A stretch of DNA of 64,000 nucleotides from contig CAXXGO010000006.1 of the NCBI GenBank assembly GCA_963666835.2, positions 2,560,001 through 2,624,000 on the forward strand, given 5' to 3'. The translations under genes and the position numbers were made by a program. The stretch is from Phycisphaerae bacterium. Lineage in GTDB: Bacteria; Planctomycetota; Phycisphaerae; UBA1845. Shown here one piece after another: positions 57,401 to 64,000 of the stretch (positions within the stretch are counted from its first letter, which is position 1; each line of letters opens with the position of its first letter). Below the pieces are notes generated by a model. It made no database searches and was not told the DNA's origin. It worked only from the letters and a program-made list of their open reading frames with translations.

Positions 57401-59384
57401 CGTCGTCTGTAGGATCACCGCAAGCTGTGCCGATCTCGCGGTTCGGGTGGATGCACACCCCGCTGGCGCAAACGTCGTCAGTGCATTCACTTCCGTCATC
57501 GGCGCAGTCGGTGCCGTCCGGCTCGTGGTTTACGAGGCACTCGCCCGCTCCGTCGCAGGAATCCGCTGCCGTGCAGGCATTGTCGGTCGGATCTCCGCAC
57601 GGGGTCCCGACCTGTTTGTTCGGGTGAGTGCATCCGCCGGCTAAGCAAATATCGTCTGTGCACTCGAAGCCGTCATCACTACAGGCGGAATCGTCCGGCA
57701 TGTGATTGTCCAGGCAAGTCCCGGCACCATCGCACGTGTCCGGGGCCGTGCAATCCGTGTCCGCCGGATCGCCGCAGACCGTCCCGGCCGGGTGTGGCGG
57801 ATAGACGCATAGGCCTGCGTCACACGTGTCGCCCGTGCAGGCGTTTCCGTCTTCCGGGCAGTCCTCGTCTAGGCAACATTCGGCCGCGCAACTGGCGGTG
57901 TCGGCGCAGCATACCGGCGTGGGCTCGCTGCACGGGGCAGTGCCGGGTTGGCAATAGCCGTCGACACATGTCTCGGTACCGTTGCAGAACTCCCCGTCGT
58001 CGCAGTCGACCGGCGCGGGGCACGTTACCAAAGCGCACGCCTGGCCGTCAAACCACGTGCCTCCCGCTGCGGTACAATCCGTCTCAGAAACTGCGTCCGT
58101 GCAGCCCTCTTCACATTCGTGGCAGCACGCCCCGTCGTGCAGCGGTTTGATGTTCCGCAGTAGATACTCATCCGCTGTATAGCAGGCGGTCGAGGGACAG
58201 GCTATGTTGTCCAACGCGTACCAGGCTGTTTCCGGGCTGCCCCACCCGTAGTTGATATGGTATTGAGGCGAGCCGCCGGTATCTTGCCAGCCGTCGCAGA
58301 TTACCGTATGACCAGTCAAGCCGTATATCATCGGTCGGCCGGCGTCGATCTCCGCGCGGATCAAACCGAACCAGTCTTCGGCCGTGTATGCGTCGCGTTC
58401 CTCTCTGATCATCCCCGGGTCAAAGCGGAAGTGGGTTGTGAGCACTTCTGACGCCGTTGTGGTTGAGGGGTACGATTGGCATTTACCGAAGTCGGTCCTC
58501 AAGGCTACGGCGACCTCGTAACAAAGCTCCGCTACGGCGGCTTCCTGTTCGGTGGAACAACCCGCCGTGCACTCGGTTGGCATGTTGGACCAATCGTAGG
58601 GGTCAGAGAAATCTGCGGCCAGGTTACTCCCTGGCACGAGCGGGCCGCACGAGTCGTCGCCGTCCCAAGTATAGAAGCCGTCCGGGAGTGGGTAGTTGCC
58701 GACCCCGGCCGGGGGCCACTGGTGGAAGTTCAACACTTGGGCAACTGCCGTGGCTATACCGGTCAAACGTGTTCGTGCTCCGTCCCCCATGGGGCACAAG
58801 TTGTTATAGGGGGCCGTAGGATGCCACGAAGTTGTCAGCAAAGGGCCCGCCTCCGCCAGGCCCCCGTTTGCTTTCACGGCCGGGCTTTGGGCGAGGAGCT
58901 TTGGAGGTGCGGTAAGCCGGTCCCATTCCTCTCGATCGGCTCGGTTGAACAACACCGAACCGGTGGCCGGCTGTAAGGCGTCAAGGCTGCCGTAACGCTG
59001 TTGATAGCGGGCGAATCTGTTCTTAAGATCCTTACGAAGAAGCTGCGGCAGACCGTCGGTTCGACTCAGGTCGAGGTCGCCGGCGTCGGAATAGGCGTGG
59101 ATTGGCGGAAGTTCCTTCAATGCCGGCACGACGACGTAGCCGTCGGGCGAAATGGAGTAGCAGCTTGCGACCCACTGTTGTCCGGTGAAGATCCGGCGGG
59201 CCTGGGTGATGCTCGGCCTCGAGCTGCCGGCCCAGGTTCCGTCTCGTTGGACCGAATCGGCAAGCCAGTTCAGGCATACGGTCTGCATTTCCTGTTCGGT
59301 GGGTACTTCGCCGCGCGCTGGTAACACCATCGTAATGGACGAGCTTAAGGCTAGGGTAAACGCAACAAGGATCGTCATTCGCAT
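54450..59384 (-). CDS. Giant secreted C10-peptidase-like protein (catalytic Cys absent) with Cys-rich repeats, cohesin-like module, HYR-like repeats and dockerin
   Basis: GGAGG RBS and ATG 59384; prodomain GYVVV..ELPPI.AYS; GPLLTTSW, TGIATAVAQ, GHTVICDGW and HINYGWG; four 177-nt Cys repeats; three YPVG.TTLTWTATD; GDADNNNVVDITDY. Confidence 0.85.
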   Translation of the reverse strand: MRMTILVAFTLALSSSITMVLPARGEVPTEQEMQTVCLNWLADSVQRDGTWAGSSRPSITQARRIFTGQQWVASCYSISPDGYVVVPALKELPPIHAYSDAGDLDLSRTDGLPQLLRKDLKNRFARYQQRYGSLDALQPATGSVLFNRADREEWDRLTAPPKLLAQSPAVKANGGLAEAGPLLTTSWHPTAPYNNLCPMGDGARTRLTGIATAVAQVLNFHQWPPAGVGNYPLPDGFYTWDGDDSCGPLVPGSNLAADFSDPYDWSNMPTECTAGCSTEQEAAVAELCYEVAVALRTDFGKCQSYPSTTTASEVLTTHFRFDPGMIREERDAYTAEDWFGLIRAEIDAGRPMIYGLTGHTVICDGWQDTGGSPQYHINYGWGSPETAWYALDNIACPSTACYTADEYLLRNIKPLHDGACCHECEEGCTDAVSETDCTAAGGTWFDGQACALVTCPAPVDCDDGEFCNGTETCVDGYCQPGTAPCSEPTPVCCADTASCAAECCLDEDCPEDGNACTGDTCDAGLCVYPPHPAGTVCGDPADTDCTAPDTCDGAGTCLDNHMPDDSACSDDGFECTDDICLAGGCTHPNKQVGTPCGDPTDNACTAADSCDGAGECLVNHEPDGTDCADDGSECTDDVCASGVCIHPNREIGTACGDPTDDECTTPDTCNGAGVCLPNHEPDGTGCTEDGNECTDDVCNSGVCIHPGVAQGTACGDPSDSACDRPDTCDGTGNCDENIEPLGAPCSNGLWCDGDETCDGAGTCQPGVTRCDDGIECTSDSCDEVTDECGEHVPFHEMCDDGDACTGVEYCDTTAGCVSEGPLVCDDEIECTEDSCDPIEGCTYVLLPSGTPCGDPADSTCDHPDTCNGDGECLPNYEPAGTPCPNGLVCDGDEFCNEAGICTPGISLCDDGIACTADLCDEETAVCTSDPVSCGLLELNLHNERTCFSSGQDLCVTIDVRNLYGQDMIGGQFFLEYDACLLDLLAIAPGDHSVPGISPCPTSGLSPFSAEIFKAVSVDGCTGTIAYAVAIPLGEAASAADNPMATLLLSTKPAGAGTGHGSIAFDLDHESPTHLADSLGTQNFPLLGDEIPFIVDDSPPILTCPSDPLPATVDPDACEIAIDPGEPTCTDACNCTTSCSRDDGEDCQSASYPVGVTTLTWTATDEAGNTATCTTTVTVSDEQHPEIECPLDVEQCNDPDQCQAVVFPGSAACTDNCACTVTCSREDSEDCEDDPYPVGPTTLTWTATDPSGNLTTCRQTVIVDDCQAPTVASPPDVEATPDPGECGAHVDPGEPTCEDNCGSCSATCERDDGLDCWNDQYPVGTTTLTWTATDPQGSSATHQQTVVVGGDNILDLIVRSEAAELNGECPRCLSFVLSSCGVPCPGTASETTFAEELTFQNGVASASLDVPYGTWDCLSVKDDLHTLRRTVHLRPAGGQFVADLTAANQLRCGDADNNNVVDITDYAILFRQYLTWPTPVITRCEDELVGPPPPYHADFDCDGIVTTNDFLCILINFLKTGDDPGAGCRTLMYASNLIAEPRGNQTAYRIQPAGVGNLSPAQQQELAGIGHSSATVHDIALTVGMPAAQAADLDGNGILDANDIALFAQDRSITIPDRFLQLMADEATPIDEPVSRKPARPENRR
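57235..57860 (-). repeat. Intragenic tandem Cys-rich repeat, 59-aa period
   Basis: CGDP-coding GGATC anchors at 57235, 57412, 57589 and 57766 (177-nt spacing). Confidence 0.85.
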
Positions 59385-59885
59385 AGCAGGTTCCTCCGAT
59401 GTTAGATGAAAACGCTGTCGTGCCGATGACAGCAGAAATCTCCGTGGCAGATGCCAGAGGCATGTGAGTAGATGTCTTCCTGGCTTCGCGACATTGAATG
59501 TCCACACTCCGGCTGTTGATAGGATTACTGACAGACCGTAACACAAGAATATGCCCAGTGTTTACTTGCGCACAAGAGGGCTATTGAGGTGACGTCCACT
59601 GGGATGTCATCCATACAGATGACGTCCGGGCGGCCGTCACCTGGATAGGTGAATGGGCGACTCGTCAGTTATGGCAACGGGTGGCGTGGCAATCCGCGCG
59701 GATCTTGACGGGGTGACCGAGCAGGCATCGGGCCAGGGTAGGTGGGAACGCACAGACCCCGGATACCGTCAATAGCCTGTTTGGTCGGATTGTACGTCCG
59801 ATATCGTTGTGCGTAGACCTAGCCGGTCGGTCTGGTCCGGAGAGACTTTGGACAAACTGCTGTTCACCCCGGAAAGACGTAAGAA

Positions 59886-59958
59886 TGGAGCCGAGCGGGC
59901 TCGAACCGCCGACCTCCTGGTTGCAAACCAGGCGCTCTCCCAGCTGAGCTACGGCCCC
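59886..59958 (-). tRNA. tRNA-Ala(TGC)
   Basis: GGGGCCGTAGCTCAGCTGGGAGAGCGCCTGGTTTGCAACCAGGAGGTCGGCGGTTCGAGCCCGCTCGGCTCCA; G3:U70 pair; CCA not encoded. Confidence 0.97.
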
Positions 59959-60225
59959 GTGTACGCACGACGAAGCTGCCGCAGCCGCGTAGCGCAGGCA
60001 TTCTGCCTGCCGCCGGCGACCTTGACGGCCCCGCGCGTGCCAGGGGAAGCTACCATATCGGCGGGGATAAGCAAGCGTCGGGACCCACCCCGACCGGCGA
60101 GACCATGAGCGATAACGTGCCCACGCCCGGCGGGGCGACCATTGTATAACGGCGAACAGAGATTCCGCGGCGGTGGCGGTGACTCGGGGTCGCCATGCGG
60201 GTGCGGTTCTGCAATACTGGCGATC

Positions 60226-60738
60226 ATGGCCGAGCACGTAGTCATTGACGGGAACAACCTGCTGTACGCCATGCACGAGCACGCTCCGGTGCCCGCCGTC
60301 GGTCGGGAGACCCTGGTCAAGGTTATCGAACGTTGGGCGAGGCGGGGCGACGATCGGGTCACGCTGGTGTTCGACGGCGCCGCTCCGCGCGGTGGGCTCT
60401 CGAAGCAGATGTCCTCCTCCCGAATCACCGTTCGGTTCAGCGTGCCGGTAACGGCCGACGATGTTATTGTGGACCTCGTCCAGCGCGCCGAAGACGCTCC
60501 GAGCATTCGCGTGGTGACCAGCGACACGGCCATCAGCCACGAAGCGAGGCTGAGACGCAGTCGCCACACCGACAGCGTTGCGTTCGTTAAGGAGCTGTTC
60601 GCAGGTCCAGCCGACAACGGACCTCGTTTCAAACCGGCCTCCGAACCGGCGAAGGAGAAACCCGACGAGATGTCGCCCGAAGAGGTTCGCGAGTGGCTGG
60701 ACCTGTTCGGGGCCGACGGTGCTGATCGCGCGGACTAG
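60226..60738 (+). CDS. NYN domain (YacP-like) ribonuclease
   Basis: VIDGNNL, LVFDG, TADDVI and VVTSD. Confidence 0.88.
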   Translation: MAEHVVIDGNNLLYAMHEHAPVPAVGRETLVKVIERWARRGDDRVTLVFDGAAPRGGLSKQMSSSRITVRFSVPVTADDVIVDLVQRAEDAPSIRVVTSDTAISHEARLRRSRHTDSVAFVKELFAGPADNGPRFKPASEPAKEKPDEMSPEEVREWLDLFGADGADRAD

Positions 60739-61180
60739 CCGGGTCACCAGCCGGTCGACGAATCCGCCCAATCTGACGGAGGGCTTACCCGACCGGCGCC
60801 CGCTTCTTTTCCAACAAGGTCGTTCTCGGTGTGTTTTACCCTAACTCGGCAATCGTCCGGGTTTTGAGCTTGGTTATCCGGTGGCCGTGCTCCGCCGGAT
60901 TGCCGACAAATGGCAAGGCAATGGCCCCGAGGTGAAGTCGGCGGGCGGCTGTCATGTCTTCCGGCGGTATTAGACGATTCCGGCCAAGTCATCCTCGACC
61001 GATGTTGCGGTCTTGCACGTTACGCAGGCAGCTCTTCTTGCATCGTGGCTGAGCCGGACCGGTTTCGGTAGATACCCGACCTCGGCTACGTGGCGGGGTA
61101 TGCCCAAAGGGTCCTCGGCCGGCGTGAATCGGTTGATTCGAGTTTGCGTTGGGTTGAGCGGGCTGGTGAGAGATTGATCG

Positions 61181-61486
61181 ATGGCAAAGACGTGGGTTAC
61201 GGAGGGTCCGATGAACCCCGGGCGGCGCCGGGCGAGGCGGACTCAGTTGTTCAGCGAGGTGCTCTGGCACAACGAGAGTGAAAGCACCGCGCGACGCGGC
61301 ATTCTCGTCGGGGTTTCCGATACCGGGTTAGCCCTGGTCACCGATCATCGAATCGTCCCACGGCCCGGTGCGCGGATCGTGCCCGAGAAGAAACGCGCCC
61401 ACCGACGTTGGGGTGAGCCGGTTGTGGTAACTCGGATCGACCGGCTTTCGGATGAGTTGGATCTGGTGGCGGCGAAGTATGCGTAG
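61181..61486 (+). CDS. Small PilZ-like protein
   Basis: RRRARR (RxxxR) and G.LVGVSDTGLAL. Alternative start at 61211 after GGAGG. Confidence 0.6.
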   Translation: MAKTWVTEGPMNPGRRRARRTQLFSEVLWHNESESTARRGILVGVSDTGLALVTDHRIVPRPGARIVPEKKRAHRRWGEPVVVTRIDRLSDELDLVAAKYA

Positions 61487-61604
61487 CCGTTGAGGAACGG
61501 CACTGACTCGGATTCTCTTCTGGTTTGCGGTGATAATGGACGCCTTCGACGCGGTGCCCGGACCCTCGCGGTGCCGCAAGCCCGATGGAGGAAGCTGGGA
61601 TCGT

Positions 61605-61916
61605 ATGATGCAGTTCCGACGAGTTAGGGGGCGAGGGAAAGCGGGCCGTCGCCGGTCGAAGCGTTGGAGGACGGACAAGCCGATTGAATGGCGGATCTAC
61701 CGCGGGCGGCGGATTCGCGACGGTCGAGTTATAGAGCGATCTTTAGAGGGATTAGTCCTTGCCGCCGCGGGCGATGCCCCCGCCTCGCCCGGGATGCGTT
61801 TCTTCGTCAGCGGGCCGAGTCCGATCGAGCAGCACGGATTCAAATCAGCCGTAGTCCGCCGAACCGCAATCCGGGCCGACGGACGCCGTTTGATGTTCGC
61901 CGAGATCGAGGCGTGA
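61605..61916 (+). CDS. Second small PilZ-like protein
   Basis: RRRSKR and G.VIERSLEGLVL, then AVVRR; GGAGG upstream. Confidence 0.55.
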   Translation: MMQFRRVRGRGKAGRRRSKRWRTDKPIEWRIYRGRRIRDGRVIERSLEGLVLAAAGDAPASPGMRFFVSGPSPIEQHGFKSAVVRRTAIRADGRRLMFAEIEA

Positions 61917-61934
61917 CCATCATTGCAGAACGCG

Positions 61935-62102
61935 CGGGTGCCCCATGTCCTTTCGTGTTTAGGATGTGTGGCCCATGTCCTCTTGTGTCTAGAGCGTGCT
62001 GCGATTCGTCGCAGATCGTGCAACGCCAAACACGTCGGACATGGGGGAGCCGATGACGAGCACGCGACATTGCAGCAGATCTCGTTCGTCGACCTGCATT
62101 AC
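61935..62102. repeat. Diverged copy of the 27.8-kb composite hairpin unit
   Basis: GTGGCCCATGTCC..GGACATGGGGGAGCCGATGAC..GCAGATCTCGTTCGTCGACC. Confidence 0.8.
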
Positions 62103-62221
62103 ACGGTGGGAAGTGTCCACATGATGGCATGCTGCTTTGAAAGGCGATTGTGATTCGCCGGTCACCAGGGCGATTCGTCCCCCCTTGCTGGGGAGGTTAG
62201 GCACCTGCGGTCGAAAGGGCG

Positions 62222-62650
62222 TCAGAGTGTCAAGACCGTTATCGCAGTGTGTCCGAGAATCAGGGCCCACAGGATCACCGTGAGACGCGCGCCAAACCGC
62301 TTCACTGATCGCTCGGCGCGTGCCTCAAGCGTACCTGCTGCTGCTGCCGCCAGAAGTAGCTGCAGCGGAAAGAGAAGAAACGGACCGGTCAGCCAGTTCA
62401 CTTCTACACGATCGACGGTACCGCGAATCTCGTCAACAAAGACGTACGCAATGAACCACGGGATCGTTGCCAAAAGGAGTATGCGGAAGAACCTCCGCAG
62501 AGGCCAACGCCGCCTGGCGTATACCGCTACCTCGCGCGAAGTAAACGCTTGTCCGCACTCCGGGCAGCGCGGTTCCACAAGTCCTCGTAAGTCGTAATCG
62601 CAGTTTGGGCAACGACCCTCAGTTTGCACGGCTGAGCAGACCTCTTTCAT
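62222..62650 (-). CDS. Zinc-ribbon membrane protein
   Basis: CPNCDYDLRGLVEPRCPECG followed by three TM segments. Confidence 0.75.
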   Translation of the reverse strand: MKEVCSAVQTEGRCPNCDYDLRGLVEPRCPECGQAFTSREVAVYARRRWPLRRFFRILLLATIPWFIAYVFVDEIRGTVDRVEVNWLTGPFLLFPLQLLLAAAAAGTLEARAERSVKRFGARLTVILWALILGHTAITVLTL

Positions 62651-62894
62651 CAAGAAACCTCGATCTCCGTGGTCGTCGGCGCTTGTGTAGTTTACGCGTC
62701 AAGCATGGCCAGGCAACTGCGGACCATGCCACCAGTCAGGTTGCTCGTAAGATACGAAAGACCCCACCACATGATGCAATCATACTACCAGACAGTTCTG
62801 GACTCCACCATTCGCACGAGCGGAGCTCCATCCTTGCTACGAAGCACGTCGCACCAGTTCAACGGAGAAGTCTATCCTTGCCCGCGAGACTGTG

Positions 62895-63449
62895 TCAACC
62901 GACTCGTAGCAGACAGGAGAGAACCAGGTAGGGCAGCAAGACGCTGAGAGACGACACACAGAACAGCTTAATCAGGTAGGGACGCGTCGGCAATGACAGA
63001 CGAACCAGAGAAACCGCGTACCAGGTCGACAGCGCAACGCATGTCGCCGGTATGCTCAACACCGCAAGTAACGCCCACGTGTCCGGTGGATTTGCCGGAA
63101 TGCCAATGCATGCGGTAGGAAAGACGAGCGGCCCCATCAGGGCAAACACGCCGATATCCGGATATAGAGCAAAACAGATCAACGTCGGTCCGCAAAAGGC
63201 GAGAGCGTTGAGGACGAGTTGCACGACAGTGACTCGCCAGCGGTGGTTTCGCCAGTAGGTCGCCCAGCGGGCCGCGGGCTCATTAGACTTCGCCACCGGC
63301 GTGCCACATTCCGGGCACAATCCGTATAGACCCAGCGTTCGGAGATTGTACCCGCATTCCATGCATTGCAGATCGCGAACAATGGTCCGCCGTTTCGGAG
63401 TCTCAGGCGCGACATCAGTATTGTCCTTATCCGGCAGCATCCTTCGCAT
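62895..63449 (-). CDS. Zinc-ribbon membrane protein
   Basis: GGAG RBS; CMECGYNLRTL..LCPECG followed by about four TM segments. Confidence 0.75.
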   Translation of the reverse strand: MRRMLPDKDNTDVAPETPKRRTIVRDLQCMECGYNLRTLGLYGLCPECGTPVAKSNEPAARWATYWRNHRWRVTVVQLVLNALAFCGPTLICFALYPDIGVFALMGPLVFPTACIGIPANPPDTWALLAVLSIPATCVALSTWYAVSLVRLSLPTRPYLIKLFCVSSLSVLLPYLVLSCLLRVG

Positions 63450-63477
63450 TTCTCCAAGGCGGTCCGAAAGGCAAGCA

Positions 63478-63628
63478 CGGGCGCCCCATCTCTTCAGGGC
63501 AGCGGGTGCCCCATCCTTCGCCCCCGGCGAAGGGTGGGGAATGGACCCGCGTTCTCTTCTGACAAGCTCCTGCAGCCGCCCAGTGTAGTTCTTTCGGACG
63601 GGTGGCCCATCTCTTTAGAGGTGGGGAA
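63478..63628 (+). repeat. CGGGTG(C/G)CCCA-type hairpins
   Basis: 63503-63540 CCCCATCCTTCGC/GCGAAGGGTGGGG; 63599-63628 CCCATCTCT/AGAGGTGGG; half copy at 63478. Confidence 0.8.
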
Positions 63629-63652
63629 CTCTCACGGTCGGTGGCAGTGCAT

Positions 63653-64000
63653 CTACGTCTTCTCTCGATTGCCCAACAGTACCGGATCGAACGGCGTGCC
63701 ACACTCGGGGCATCGAGGGGTAGGAAGCCCGCAAAGCGAGTAGCCACAAACCAGACAGGTAGGGCTCTCGCTCTCCTCACGATGCGAGCTTGGCACGGTG
63801 CCAACGAGCACCGCGCACACCGCGAGACACAGCACAAGCGCGGGCACCGTGAAGCCCAGTGACTGCACCAGCAGGTCCTCCCAATTGGACGGAAACTCGT
63901 ACGCGAGCTGCCCCACCCGACGTTCCCGGGTCCCGACCACGATCGCGCCCGGCGCGCCGACCACAACTACTGATAACACGAGGAGCACCTTATGTCGAAC
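63653..64000 (-). CDS. Zinc-ribbon membrane protein (5' partial; ribbon at C-terminus)
   Basis: Frame open to the window edge; TM segments then CLVCGYSLCGLPTPRCPECGTPF. Confidence 0.7.
   Translation of the reverse strand, partial: VRHKVLLVLSVVVVGAPGAIVVGTRERRVGQLAYEFPSNWEDLLVQSLGFTVPALVLCLAVCAVLVGTVPSSHREESESPTCLVCGYSLCGLPTPRCPECGTPFDPVLLGNREKT

Noticed and set aside
48700..59958. Genomic island integrated at tRNA-Ala
   Set aside because: No integrase and no duplicate of the tRNA 3' end was seen at the other boundary.
60740..61180. Sigma54 promoter or riboswitch before the PilZ-like genes
   Set aside because: The GG-to-GC spacing is 11 rather than 10 nt, and no riboswitch consensus is present.
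62160..62222. Integron attC site (GCCTAAC on the minus strand after a stop; also GTTAGC near 28715)
   Set aside because: No matching GTTRRRY partner with an attC-type fold was found, and there is no integron integrase in the window. IntegronFinder would settle it.
62654..62894. Pseudogene or frameshifted extension between the zinc-ribbon genes
   Set aside because: All minus-strand frames are short and interrupted, with no recognisable homology.

Overview
GC-rich bacterial chromosomal window. Gene content suggests a planctomycete, most likely Phycisphaerae (inference from dockerin-like tails, CxxCGYxL..CPECG zinc-ribbon membrane proteins and the EpsI/TPR pair). Housekeeping genes (kdsB, pyrG, pdxJ, dapA, larE, priA, queG, tRNA-Ala) are interspersed with accessory material of four kinds. 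(i) Several secreted proteases, adhesins and fibres carry paired Ca-binding dockerin-like tails. One is a ~1640-aa C10-peptidase-like protein whose catalytic Cys is replaced by Gly and which also has a cohesin-like module, so it is a candidate scaffold for a proteolytic cohesin/dockerin complex. (ii) Mosaic arrays of at least three REP-like hairpin families occur without a transposase in the window. One array brackets an orphan cargo gene, and a diverged copy of its unit shows a compensatory stem change. (iii) A set of zinc-ribbon membrane genes, partly separated by hairpins, lies at the right end. (iv) Isolated oddities: an orphan adenine methyltransferase coupled to pyrG, a degenerate HD-GYP protein, a signal-peptide-bearing TldD/PmbA pair, and an unannotated 28-aa ORF. 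No CRISPR-Cas, prophage, integrase or IS transposase was found. All calls come from reading motifs by eye; no database searches were run.
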